A DNA stretch of 64,000 nt from positions 4,092,001 through 4,156,000 of the forward strand of contig CM022672.1 of NCBI GenBank assembly GCA_012295275.1. Direction: 5' to 3'. The translations under genes and the position numbers were made by a program. The notes under the pieces are model-generated. The model did not search any database and was not told the DNA's origin. It saw only the letters and a program-made list of their open reading frames with translations. This document shows, piece by piece, positions 42,601-56,000 of this stretch. This DNA is from Chrysomallon squamiferum. Taxonomy: Eukaryota; Animalia; Mollusca. Position 1 is the stretch's first letter. Every line of letters begins with the position of its first letter.

Positions 42601-45600
42601 CAGCAGTAAGTACACTGATGAAGAAGTTAAAAAGATTGAGAATGAACTGTGTTCAGTCTGGTCAGAAAATGAAACATTACGTCAATGTGTTAGTAATTTG
42701 GAATCTCAAAAGTGTGAGTTGGAGTCACAAATAAAACATCTTTCAATGGACATGGAATCAAAAGACAGTCAATTTAAAAGTTTATGTTGAAGATTTGAAT
42801 AAAGTTCAGGCAGAAATGAAAGAAAAGACAGCAGCAAATGAAAGCAAATGCAGAGAACTGGAAAAAACAGTGACCACTCTAAAACATAATTGTTCTGCCT
42901 TGGAAAAGAAGAATGAACTCCTTCAGGTAAACCTTAATTTGAATGTTTGTAAACAGCATAACTGAAACTTTATGTAGGATATATATATATCTATCAACAT
43001 TTAAATGTAATTTTAAGACTATTTTTTGCAATCTAATTGATATCTTATTATGAATGAATCTACTTTTACAATTAATTTTTAATTCAGTTTATAAGAATAA
43101 TAAAGATAATAATGTGGAACTCTATGTGTTTAAATTATGATTTGAAAACATTTGTTGGACAGTAGTACAATTTTTTATTCAGAATATTTTTGTTTTCTAG
43201 GATGCAGAACAGCATTTAATGGACAGAGTTACAGAACTGGAAGAGATAGAACAGTCTCTGAGAAACAAGTGTGATCAGTTTAGAAACAGACTTGAATCTA
43301 AGACAACAAAAGATACCTCAACACAAACTGCTAGTCAAAGGGAGATCATTCCACAAAACTGTGATACTTGTGACACTGCCACAGACACATCAGACTTGAA
43401 AGACAATCCTTCAGTTTCCAGTGGAAGGAGAGTCTCCACGATATTTACAAGAGTCCAGGACCTAGAGGCTGAAAATCGTGAACTGTCTTCTAAACTTGCA
43501 GAACTGGAAGGAAGCAGAGAGCAGGTGAAACAGCTTAGAGAAAAGATCAGACTGCTAGAGGAATCTGAGGACAAATTGATGGAAAGAATCATGGAGCTGG
43601 AAGAAGGTGAAGAGAGAACAAGAGTGGAACTGGAAAGAATGAGAAGAAGCAGTGGAGCAGTGGGTGATCTTGAAGCTGAGCTGAGTAAATTGACAAAGTC
43701 TGAGACTGAATGGAAGAATAAGTGGAACTCAGTGGTGGAAGACAAGTGTGCCCTGGATGAATCTTTGCATAAGTTGGAGCATGAGTTGAAGAGAGAAAAA
43801 GAAAACTGTGAGAAGTTGTTGCATGCAGAGAAAGATTGGAAAGAGAGATTGGATAAAACTGTTCAGCAGAAAGAATATTTTGAGAAACTGGTAAATGAGT
43901 TGACGAGTGAGCTTGAAGCAGAGAAACTGAATGTGAAAAATCTGGAGAAATCAGCTTTTGGCTTGGATGATGTTGTGAAAGAGAAGAATATGTTGGCAGC
44001 AAGAGTTGAAGAGTTGAAGTCTCATCTGAGCTTAGCAAGGAAACAGCATGAAGATATGATTTCCAGACTAGAACAGCAGCAGAAAGACTATGATATCCAG
44101 TTGTCAATGCTTCAGGAAAAACATTCCAATTATGAAAAAACTATTACTAATTTGCAAAAATCTAAAACAAAAATGGAAGACCAGGAAAAAAAATTGAAGG
44201 AAGAAATAAATCTTTTGGTAAGACGAGAGGCAGAATTGAAATGTGAGATTCAGACCCTTGAGACTGAACTCACTGATGTCTGTGATAAGATGAAGATTTT
44301 GGAGGATGACAATTCTAGTCTTAAAAAGCAGTGCAGTGATCTTCAAAGGCAGTATAGAGATTCTGAGGAAAGGATGAAACAGCTGAATGTTGAGTTTGAA
44401 CAACAGAAAATCAAGCCTCTTGCCAAAACTATTCTTCCCAAAATTGGTGCAACATTCCTGACACAATCTGCTACCTCTCAGACAAGGGATGGGGTTACAA
44501 ACCCTCATCAGTATGGTGCAATCAAAGCTGTGTCATCACTGAAACAACGTAGTAGTGCAATTAGCAGCTTGACACAGCCAGATTCAAATGAAAAAGGTGT
44601 ACAATACAATATCAAATTAGAAAATGTTGTGAAGCAGCTGGAGAAGGATCTCACTGAAGTCAAAGACAAATGTGAAAGTCTTCAGGAAAAAGAAAAAGAT
44701 TACAAAGAGAAAATTGCTGAATTGCAGAAACTTAATTCTGAACTTGAGGAGAAATTACGCAGCTCATTACAACAAATATCACAATTACAAAATGGTGCTT
44801 CCAAATCTGATTCCAATAATTGTGTTCTTCCTACCCATACTCAACAGACTGACAAAGGTTTTGTTTCTGTGACTCATCTCAATGTTGTTAATTCACATGT
44901 GCTTCCAGTTAATCATAATTCTAGATATGCTCAAACCTCCCCGGTGCTTCCTCACAGAGGACCACCTCACAGTGGTCAGGTGCATGATTCTTCTCTTCAA
45001 CACAGAATTCAAGAGCTTGAATCTAAACTACACACTGAAACAGAAAGAACTTTACATCTTGAAAAAGAACTTGAAATGGCCAGGAAAAAACAAAATAGGT
45101 AAGTAATATATTTAAATTAAAATAAGACAAAATTTATCTAGGGCATGAATGTTTTAATAACTTTTTTTTTTTTTTTCATTTCCTTCTTTTCTTCTTATAA
45201 CACCCAGGTTTTACTAGTTCTTGTAGCATGATTAAATAGTTTATCACTGAATATTTTGATACTTCAGATAATTTAATTTGTGTTGGAACATTAAGAATTT
45301 TCACTGCATCTTTAAGAAAAGCCAGAAAAATTTTACATTATTGAATTTAAAATATCTTATCCAAATTATTCAGATTATATGTTATCAGTCTGTACAACAC
45401 TATAAGACTGGTATTTTAGTTGTTGCGTATGGTTAAAAAAAATCAGATTGGGCTTGCATGGTGATATTTTGCTTAAGTACATTTTTCAATAATTGACATC
45501 AGCTTTAAAATACACCACACTATTCCTTTTAATATCTTTTTATTGTATCTGATTCTGAAGAGTTTTTCAGCTCATTTTGTACTTAAGCTTAGGACAGCAA

Positions 45601-48600
45601 ACAAATTAATATTAAGTCCAACATGATTGTTTCCAAAATAGATTGTTTCCATCAATAGCACTAAAGAATTTTACACCTCGCTGGCAATTTTTAAAGTAAC
45701 TTTGCCTTCAGTATCAAAACAGATGACAACATTGATATCTGCAGTCATTTCTACCTGGTAACCAATTATTGATTATCCAATACAAAAACAAAACAAAAAT
45801 CCTTTTAATTAATTTCCTCTATGACTGTTGAGGAAAATAAAATTAGAAGCTTACATTGGCAAAGTATTTGCTGAGTATCTGACATCTCCTTTCCACTGAA
45901 TGGACTGATCCTGGTCAATAAAAAGATTGTATGTTAACTCTTCAGATATATCTGGTATAATAGTATAATCCTTCAATGGGGGTGGTAAATACTTTGACCT
46001 CTGTTTGCCTATCCTAATCCTTTAAGGAGAATTTGTAAGCCCGTCAGAACTAATAAAGTTGTGGTCAAAGAATGTTTATGTGTATTATATGCCAAACAAT
46101 GATTTTATTTTTTTGTTGTTTTTGTTTTGTTTTGTTACTATTTACTATTTAGTTTATTTAGTTGTATAGATACATTTTGGAATGTTTGAAATTTTTGTAT
46201 TAGGTTAATTTCATTAAATAAAATGTTATCTGTATGTGTATATGTAAAACTGTATATATTTTTGTATACATGTGATATATCTGCATTTGTGTGTGACTAG
46301 TAATACTGTGCATGTCTGTCTGTCTGTGTTCATCTGTTTCTCTTTTATAAACCAATATTTTTGTTGTCAGTCACTAATACACATAATAATGACAAATTTA
46401 AATATATGTTTTAAAGCTGTATATATATATATATATATATGGGGGTGTGTATACACCATGGATGTGGTATGTTTTGTGTCTGTGTATAAATCCTCTGCAT
46501 AAGTCACTACATGTACATACAGAATTGTGTGTATATGTGTATATGCTGTTATGTTTCTAAAAAAAAAAATGTTTATTGTCCTCTATGTTTTTATTTGCAT
46601 TCTATTAGAACAACAGTTTTGCACTGTCAGCTATAAACCTGTTGTACACTTTTTAAATAAGAGTTAGCTTTAAGACAAGCATGACCTGACGTGTTGTTCT
46701 ACTGGAGTTCCTCACATTCCATGACATATTATTGGTTTTATCTGGCCTGGCAGCGTCAACTCATCAATAATTGATCCTTATTATTATCTGGAATCACCAG
46801 CACCACATCTGCCAGTATTTGTGTCAGTGTGTATACATGGCATAAAGTGGTCAGTCAGCTTTGGATAGTGTTTTTACCTGCATTCAGGTGAATAATGTGT
46901 TGTTGATTTTTATTGCAGAATACGTATATCAAAGTCATTTCATATATGGACTAGATTCATTTTGTTTGTTCTTGTTTACCGAAATAACATTAATGTATAT
47001 TGGCTGCATGAACATGGGTTGTGTTATTTTTATCTGAACTCAATTAATGTGGTTTTTGGGGGGGCTTTTTCTACCTGAATTAATATAAATTTCTTATCTG
47101 ACTTCTAGTAAATTAAAGGTAATTTATACAGGGACTAGATTATCTGTTGTTTATCTAAAATGAGTAAGATGTGTATTTCTTTCCTGAGTTCAGGTAAGTT
47201 ACTCCAGCATATCAAATGTTATACTTAGAGCAGATTAAATTTTGTTACCTAAATACAAATTTGTTTCTTACCTAAATTGTGTGTATTACAGGTGTTTTAA
47301 ATCAAAGTATATTGTTTGGTTTTGGTTATAGATAATAATGGATGGATTTTAGATTTTTGTGTTTACTTTGAATCCTATCTGTCTTGTTGGGAGTAGATGT
47401 TTTGGAAGACAGAATAATTAAGATATGTTAAAGATTGTTTTTTATGAACAGACTATGCCTGACTGATGTTTGTAACATATATATGTATCAAATGTTGTAG
47501 ATAAAGTTCATTGTGTGTAGTGCTAACAAATGTTACAGATATAAGATAATGTGTTCATAATTTTATTAAATTACCATTTCCTTGGATCACTAGTATGTAT
47601 CTTTTCTTATCTCTAATAGTTCATAAGATATTGGATACGTTACTTTGTTGTGACTAAATATGACAGTTTCTCTGTATATAATACAGGATTTAACATTACT
47701 TGACTGTCATATTCATAATTACTTTATTGTCTGCTATGACATTACTGACATTAATGTAGATATTCTGTTGTTAACCAAGCTTGGATATAGGATAACATGC
47801 GTATTAAAACTAGTCTATTATATTTAGAATTATAAACAGATCTAAATACTGATGATATATGTAACTTATATTAATCAAGATATTAACATCATAAATTATA
47901 ATAAAAGTTTAATTATCTATAAATTATAATTAGCCAGAGTCATAAATTGTGTGATAATTGTAATTTGCAATTGAGGTTAAAGGCATTTCAGAGGTTATTA
48001 CAGCTGAATTAAATTTGAACAGTATAAAAAATTGTTAAATTCTTACTTAATAACTGGATACAGTCCCAATTAGTTTTCAGCATATACAGCAGACTATTTC
48101 AAACAAATCCATGTTGACAAAGTGTAAATACTTACCTCTGAAATATTAACATCAAGTACTTAAGTGTTGCATTGTGGTTAAATGGCTATAAGATGTGTGT
48201 GAAAGGTGGGCAGTATATTAGGTACAACAGTACAGTACAACCCACTTATAATATTCCCTTATATAACATTCTGTTATAGGTTGTGCCGCAGTAACATTTC
48301 TTGCAATACATATCTTGTTTTAACACATTTTGTTATAAATTGTCCTGTTCCACAACTGGTGTAACAAAGCCTGTGGTATGTAATATCGTGTCTGTCTATA
48401 TAAATATCTCATTGTGTAGCAGTAGCAGGTTTCCTTTTTCATCTTCATAGTTCTTAACAATATAAAACAAGGTACTAATAGAGATTTAAAAATGTGTTAA
48501 AGTATGTAATCCAATAGTTACAACATTCAAAACATATCCTATTTAAATATTACTTTATATTTGTATATATATCCTGTTTTAACATAACTTTTTACGGTTA

Positions 48601-51218
48601 TCCCAAGTATTGCTGTTATTTTGTATTATATGTTTGCAGTTTTGTGAATTCAGTAATGCAATCATCTATTCAATTTATTCCATGCATGTGATCAGATAAT
48701 TTTTTATTGGATGACAAATGTTATGTTATTACCGAGTTCCACTGTATTTCCACTGATTATCTTGTCTGACAGGCAGAGTTAAGTTTAAATGGAGTATTAA
48801 ATATCATTTTGGTATGTTAACAAGTTGGAGCTGCGCCAAAAACTTTTGATGGCTTTTGTCTTGTTGTTTAAGTCATTCAGAAATAAAAAGGCAGTAGAAT
48901 AATGGAAAGAAGAAAAAATGTGTTTGTATGTTTATCCTTCAGTGGTTGTTTACGTACATAGATCCATCTAGTGTATATTGTATCTGTGCATGTATATGAG
49001 CGTGTGTTAGAACACAAATATATCTGCATCTGTTTTAGGTCTTAATATAAATCCATTATATTCTTAATTTATAAATTATTCAAAAATACTGTTATTTATA
49101 TAAAAGAAAAAAGAATGATTGATGCTACTCAGTACTTTAAGTTATGAAATAAATTGACATTATCCTGAATGTAATTAAATGTATTCTTTATAGAATCAGC
49201 AAAATGAATAAACATCTGGCAGTAGTACAGTAGTAATATCAGTTTATCATTATTATTAAATTATTATTACTAATTCCATTAGTATACATTACTGTTACTA
49301 CTACAACTGACACCATCATCAGTTTATCAAACATTTAAAAATGTTATTCTTCTTTCACCAGTTTAACTCAGCAAATCATAGACCATGAACAAACAGAACA
49401 ACAGCTGAAAAAGAAATTGCTAGAGCTTCAACAAAAGGCAAAAGATCTGACAGAGAAAGTTGCATTAGCTGAGAAAGCTTTGACTTCAGTCAGTTGTGAT
49501 GGAGACCACAACCACTTCTTGTCAAGGATCAAACAGCTGGAATCTAGACAGACAGCAAATGCCACTGAGGATGAGCAATCTGTGAAACCTCTGAAGCTGA
49601 AAATTGAATCCTTTGAACAGAAGAGTCTAAAGCAGCAGCAGTCATCAGTGAAACAGAAAAAAGCAGCCATGTTGGACAAACCAGAAGACATTTTGATGCA
49701 GCAGATTAAGGAGCTGGAGAGACTGGAGAAACATCACAAGCAACAGGTGGGTGCTGGTGGTTAATATTTATGGATGGTGTGTTTATGGATAAAAAGATGT
49801 CAGGGAAAATGTGGAAAATGTGTCTATCTCTATATTAAATGTTACAGCTGTTTTATAAAAATAAAAGTGTCTGCTATTAAATGAGTGCTTATTAATCATT
49901 TCATTAATTATAATGGAGCATTTAGTTATCTATTTATTTAAATATTAGCTAGATGTTGATATCTTTTAGATTAATGATCTGGAAATGGACAGGGAGAGAC
50001 TTCATGAGATAGCAAGGAAAGACAAATCTCTTATTCATGAGCAGAATGTCCGCATTCGTGAGCTTCAGCTGAGTGAGAAAGTTCTTCGTGAACAGGTCAC
50101 AAACTTAGAGCAGTCTGAAAGATCTTTGTATTGCAAATGTGAACAACTGGAATCTCAAATTTCTAAGATGGAAGATCGTATTCATGAGTTAAATGTCCAT
50201 GAACGAAGACTCAGAGACCTGGTAAAGAAACTCAAATTAGATGAAGAACTTTGGTTAGCCAAATCTGAAAATATGGAACTCACAGTGGAGGAGTTGTCAG
50301 CTTCTGAGGCTAATTTGAAAGCCAGACTCCAAGAACTTGCTGAAGAAAAGTTTGGTCTGGCAGAGAAAGCCAATTATCTAGATGCTCGAATCAAGGAGCT
50401 GGAGATGTCAGAAACAGCATTGTTCCAAAGAGTTAAAAACTATGAACACTTCGAGGAAACACTCAAGAATCAGTTCTCACAGCTGGAAAATGCTAAAGCA
50501 GCAGCTCAGAGCAAAGTGTCGGAGTTGGACATGATGAATATGGACATGTCTCAGAGATACCAAAGAGCTGTGGAAGAGAATGCTGTGTTCCTCAAACATG
50601 TCCAGGAACAGCAGGGTTTGGTCCAGGATCTTAGCAGACAGCTGATGGTTGTCAAGGACAGTGAGCTGTGTCTGAAGCAGAGGGTTGAAGGGTTGGAGAA
50701 GAGTGAGACAGCATTGCAGAAACGAGTGAAGGAGTATGAGTTGAGGGAGATAGATTATCAGTCATGTCTTCATGAACTGAGACAGTCTGAGCTTATCCTG
50801 AAAGATCGGGTGAACACGTTACAGCGCAATGAGAGTAAGATGAAGTACAGAATACAGGAGTTAGAGGGCAGTGGCTGGCAGGTATTTATTCCATTTTTAT
50901 TGTTTTTACTGACTGATTTGATTTGATCTTCTAAAAATATTTATTAAAAACTTTTAGAATTACTTAAAATAATTCATTATTATTGTCTTTTTATTAGTTT
51001 TGATAACTTTTTTTGCATAAAATTTTCATTTTGATTATAACAGTTCTTATTCATTCATTCACTTATATATTTTCTTATAATACTGATTATTGTAAATATT
51101 ATCTATAAGCATTTTTATGTCCATTCTTCTTCTTTATTTTTTTTTAATTTTAATTTTAATTTTTCTGATATCTTTATGATATTATTATTCTTAATTGAAA
51201 ACATTTTATAAACTTTCC

Positions 51219-51259
<41 letters not shown>

Positions 51260-53056
51260 TCAGCTGACAGGTAACAAAGAAGCCATGCCACAGAAACTGG
51301 AAGAGTATCAGAAACGGATACAAGTTTTACAGAGGCAGATTGAACATCTACAGGAAAGAGGTCACCTACGACTGAGTATTTCTGATGACAGTGACGTCAT
51401 CAAGGTGCCAAGGACAGAGTTTGAGAAGATGGAGACGAAGGTGGCTCTACTTGACGATGCAGAGGTGCAGATTGATGAGCTTCAGAAAGTGAATGCTCAT
51501 CTTAAAGATACTGTATCTCAGCTACGTCAGGGCAAGGCAAGTTATTATTAACAGTCTGTTTTACATAACAACTTATTTAAAATCTAATACATCCCGAAGC
51601 TAATGTATGACAAAAACATATTTAAGCTTACAATTTGTTTCAAATCGAAGATTAATACTGATCTTAAAGACACCATAGTTTAGATTTGTTTTGACAAAAT
51701 TTATTTATTTTTAGTGTCCTTTGTATTAAGGATGAACATTCATCATAATCATTACATATCCAGTTTAGTGTTAATTTAAACAGTCTGTTTTTACTGAAAG
51801 GTGAACACTGACTGAGAAAAAGATGTAATTTTTGAGTTTCTGTTTGTAACATAAATTTTTATCTTGCAAATGCTGTGTCATTTTTATCAAATCAAGGAGT
51901 CTTAGCCTTTAGCTTATTATTTTATTTGATACAAAATAGCAATATTTTTATTTTGTTTCAAAACTGATACTGAGTTGTAAACAAGGTGTTTTATAACTGG
52001 TGATTTGCAGGATGTGTGTGGTCATGAGGTGGAACTAGAAGCTCTTACACAGACGACTGCAGTCGTATCAAGAGCTGGTGCAGAGACTGAAGCAGAACCT
52101 CTCCAAGGAGCAGGTTACCTCTTTGTGGGCATCTGATTCAGGTTAGAATTAACTCCCTTCCTCATTCTAACTATTAATTTAAAAAATTTTAATTTATATA
52201 GTTTGAAACAGATTCTGTGTTTAAAAAAGTTTTATTTGAAATCGCAGCAATTCATTATCAAAGATTTAATATGTTCAATAAAATATTTGTAAAAAGAGTA
52301 ATAGCTGTGCTGAACAGTAATTTTTAACATTTCATAATTATTCATAGGAAGGAGCCCATTGGATGCTGGGAATTTCAAATATTCAAAGCAGAGTAATACA
52401 AACATTAAAATCAATATTTCACTGAAAGTAATTTCATTCAGTTTCACTAGGACTTCTAACATCACACTGATTTGTGTTAAGAAACTGACTTTAGCTCCAT
52501 GATTGTGTGTGCTCACCTGAATTATCATGGGACCTGGGTAGTTTTTCTTCAATGCATCCACCTACCTACATCTTAACCCAGCCATCTAGTCATCATTTCC
52601 TGGAATAACAAATAAATAATCCCTTTCTGCTGATCTGTAAGAATATATCAACATACAACAGTAGCAGTATTTCTCTAAATTACAATTATTATTATTTTTT
52701 TTTTTTTTTTTAAATTCATGATTGATGATTATTAAAATGATTGAGATGGTGTTTTTGCCCATCAGCCTGGTTCAGATTTTTAAACTTTCAGTCTTACTAA
52801 AATTGATTAAAAATCTAGACAGTTATGTCTGCTGTTGTGTACAATGTTTAGAGTGTGTTATAAATACAATCAATTTATATATATAGACTTTTCTGTATAC
52901 CTGTATATGTGTTATAACTATTCTGGTCCCAGGTGTTGTACATCAGCTGGTGTTAACTCTTTATAGGCTAAGCTGTCTGTCAGTAACAGAGTTGTATTTA
53001 TTCACATTTGTATTTGTAAATTTTTTAATAGGTTGTTTTTTCTCCTGTGTATCTGT

Positions 53057-53096
<40 letters not shown>

Positions 53097-56000
53097 AATT
53101 GAACTTTATACAATAGAAAGTATAAAAATATTTATCTTTTTTAATACTAACTTTCAGTAATAAGGTTAAAATTCATTTTTACTTTCTTCTCAGTCATTTA
53201 TTATCACTCACTCATCCTACATGCATGTGGAGGGTTAATATTTTTTTTTTCAAAATGTATTTTATTAATTTATTCACACTTATATTTACTAAATTAAAGT
53301 TTATCTTCAGGTGTAAACTTTGCCTTAACTATCACCATCATCATCATATCCCACATTTATCAAATAACTTTCAAGTTTATTTTTGATTACTTCCCTAATT
53401 AAGATAACTGATCAAAAATGTTAATGAGAAAATTAGTGTGGTATGTTGTTCAGTTAAATATGTGCCTCCAAATATCTTTCTGATTGTGTTAAAAAATATT
53501 AAAAAGAATTTTAAAAACATTTTTGCAGCTAAATCATGACTGAAGATAGATTGCACATTTTTTGTAATGGATATTACCAAGATCAGATATAATCTTAGCT
53601 TTGGTATTTAGTATTTGTATTTCACTGTGTCTGTGACAGATCAGTATTTTCAAAGTTCATAGACTGACATTAATATTTTTGTCTTTTGATTGTATTCCTT
53701 AATTCTGCACAGAAGGGTTAATGCTCGTGGTATCATGTGCAAGTGAGATAAGATCAATATTTTTCTATAGGCATTTCAGAACAGTATTTGTTTTTCCATA
53801 ACTGTGCTAGTATAATACTATTTGTTTGCTGGAGTTTATATAATGTCTACACAAACTTTTATAAGAACAGGTAAGTTTGTCAAAGTATCTGCTTAAAAAG
53901 AAGTCATAATTATGTTATTTGGAATATTTTATTTCAACTTGATATAAATATACAGATTAAAAGGATTAACATGTTTTTATAATATTTCTGATGATTTGAA
54001 TTACAGGTGAAATTCTGTTTGTTGCTATGTGAATAATATAAAACAGGTCATTGTAGCTAATATCTGTTTAAAAAGAAGATGTATTACTGGGGATATTTCA
54101 TTTCAACTTCATGGAAATATATATATGAAAAGGATTAATGTTTTAGATAATTTTGAGGATTTTGATTAGAGGTGAAATTCGGTTTGTGTTTACATGGATA
54201 GTGTGACTTAGTTAAGGATCATTATTGCTTTGACCCAGAGGTAGCTTTAGAATTCATGCTATGGCCTACTGATAAACAATATTTGCCCATATATCCTAAG
54301 CAGTGTAGCCTAAGTGATGCAGAAAAATAATAAAATACGTAAAATAAATGTATTTAGTAATTACCATTTCAAATTGTTAGTTTTACACTATTTCACAGTC
54401 TCATAAAGTAATGCATCTCAAAAAAACGTTTTATTTAAAATACATTTTTATGTAATATATATGTGTCTGTATGCACGTATGTATGTGACATTGTTGTTTT
54501 TCAGATGATCAGGTCCCCTCGATGGAAATTTTACGCAAACGGGATTTGCAGTTTCTCGAGTCAGAGAGGGTAATGCACACAGTCCGAGGCTTGACAGGAG
54601 AGAAGTCTGGCTCCGGAGACAGTCCGCCCCGGAGCAGACCCAGAGGTTTGTCGATGACCTCGCAAATGAAGAGTGTGGAAGAAGATGCTATAGAACCGGT
54701 ATGATGCCTTCTTGTTAACTAATTCTCTTTTTAATTAAAGGTGTATTTACTTACATTTTATTTTGTTCACTTTAACACGAGCAATATTTTATTACTGACT
54801 GTTTTAAATTATTTTTCTTTAAGCACAGGTATTTATTGTTTTAAATTAGTTTGTGTTAAAAAACAGGTGTAATATTTGGTTTCTGATTGTTTTAAATTTC
54901 TCCCTTTAAAACATCTAGAATATTTTATTTTATTATTTTAAATATTTTTAAAATTAGAACTAACACAATTTTTTATGTTTGTTTGTTGTTTGTTTTATTT
55001 TTATGACTAATACCATTTTAACTTAATTTTTCTTTGGACCTGGTATGATACCTTATAATGACTACTTACATTTAAAATTTTTAATGGGTTCACAGTATAT
55101 CTTGTTAATTCTGACTAGATTTACCTGTGTACTTGTCATTATTTTCTATAATGTGTTTTCTTTTATTTCAAACTCCCACAGTTTTCCAAATTCAAACATA
55201 TGAACCAGTAATGGCAGTTATTTGTTGATTTATTTGTTGATTTATTTATTTATTTTATTATTATTATTATTATTTTTTTTTTTTACTTCTTTGGTTCCTA
55301 TCTTCAGTTTTGTGTTCAGCTATCAGAATAAAACAAGATTTTATTTGCTTTACTTTCTGATTAATTTTAAACTTTATTTTCCTTTTTGATTTCCTTTCCT
55401 TTTCAAAGTTTTCTGTTATGTATATATTTATCCCTTGCTGGAGACACAATGATAATGATGAACAAGTTTGAATGACTTGAAGTGAAATTTAATTTAGGAC
55501 TTGGCACATCTTGATCGTAAACTAATTGTCCTTGATGGGGCCATTCTTGTCCTGGAGCCGTTCAAGGTAAATCACAGCCACCAGTTCCTCCACTCCCTTG
55601 CTTTCCCTGGCCAGGGCTATCATGTGGCCACAGATCTTTTGTTCAGCTTTTTGTATATTTATTTACACTGGTTCATTTTTTTGTCTATCTTTTTGATTTC
55701 TGTTTCCTCAAATTAGAAAAGGCTGAATGCAGAATTCTCAAATCAAAAAATCTATACTCACAACTTACTATTATCTACATTTTTCAAATCCAAAACTTGC
55801 TTCCTGAAACCACAATTAGTTCTGTGTAAAATGTATTCTCAGCTTTTAAGTGTATGTTTGTCTTTCCTCAAAAGCAGAATAACTTTTCATTAAATATATA
55901 AAGTATCCTATCCCAGTACTCAAAATACTTCCAGCATTTCTCAGATCTTTGTATTAAAATAGTTCTCTTAATGTAACCAAATTCATTTACAGTCATACCT

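Noticed and set aside
42788-42790. TGA as selenocysteine or stop read-through, or the gene as a pseudogene
   Set aside because: The coiled-coil sequence continues in the +1 frame rather than frame 0, so read-through does not help. A single lesion in ~10.9 kb of otherwise intact exons argues against pseudogenisation.
40214-45098. Calling the large ORFs myosin, paramyosin, rootletin, giantin or CENP-F
   Set aside because: Only generic heptad similarity. No motor, GRIP or other diagnostic domain is visible, and the exons splice to a JAKMIP-like head.
45097-45125. In-frame TAA just after the exon 17 donor plus ATTAAA, read as an intronic polyadenylation isoform
   Set aside because: Any phase-2 GTAA donor creates this stop, and ATTAAA is ubiquitous in this DNA. 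Exon 18 fits phase 2 exactly.
51264-51276. Donor-like CAG|GTAACA 7 nt inside exon 20 (possible 7-nt microexon)
   Set aside because: Explained by the codons Thr-Gly-Asn; no independent support.
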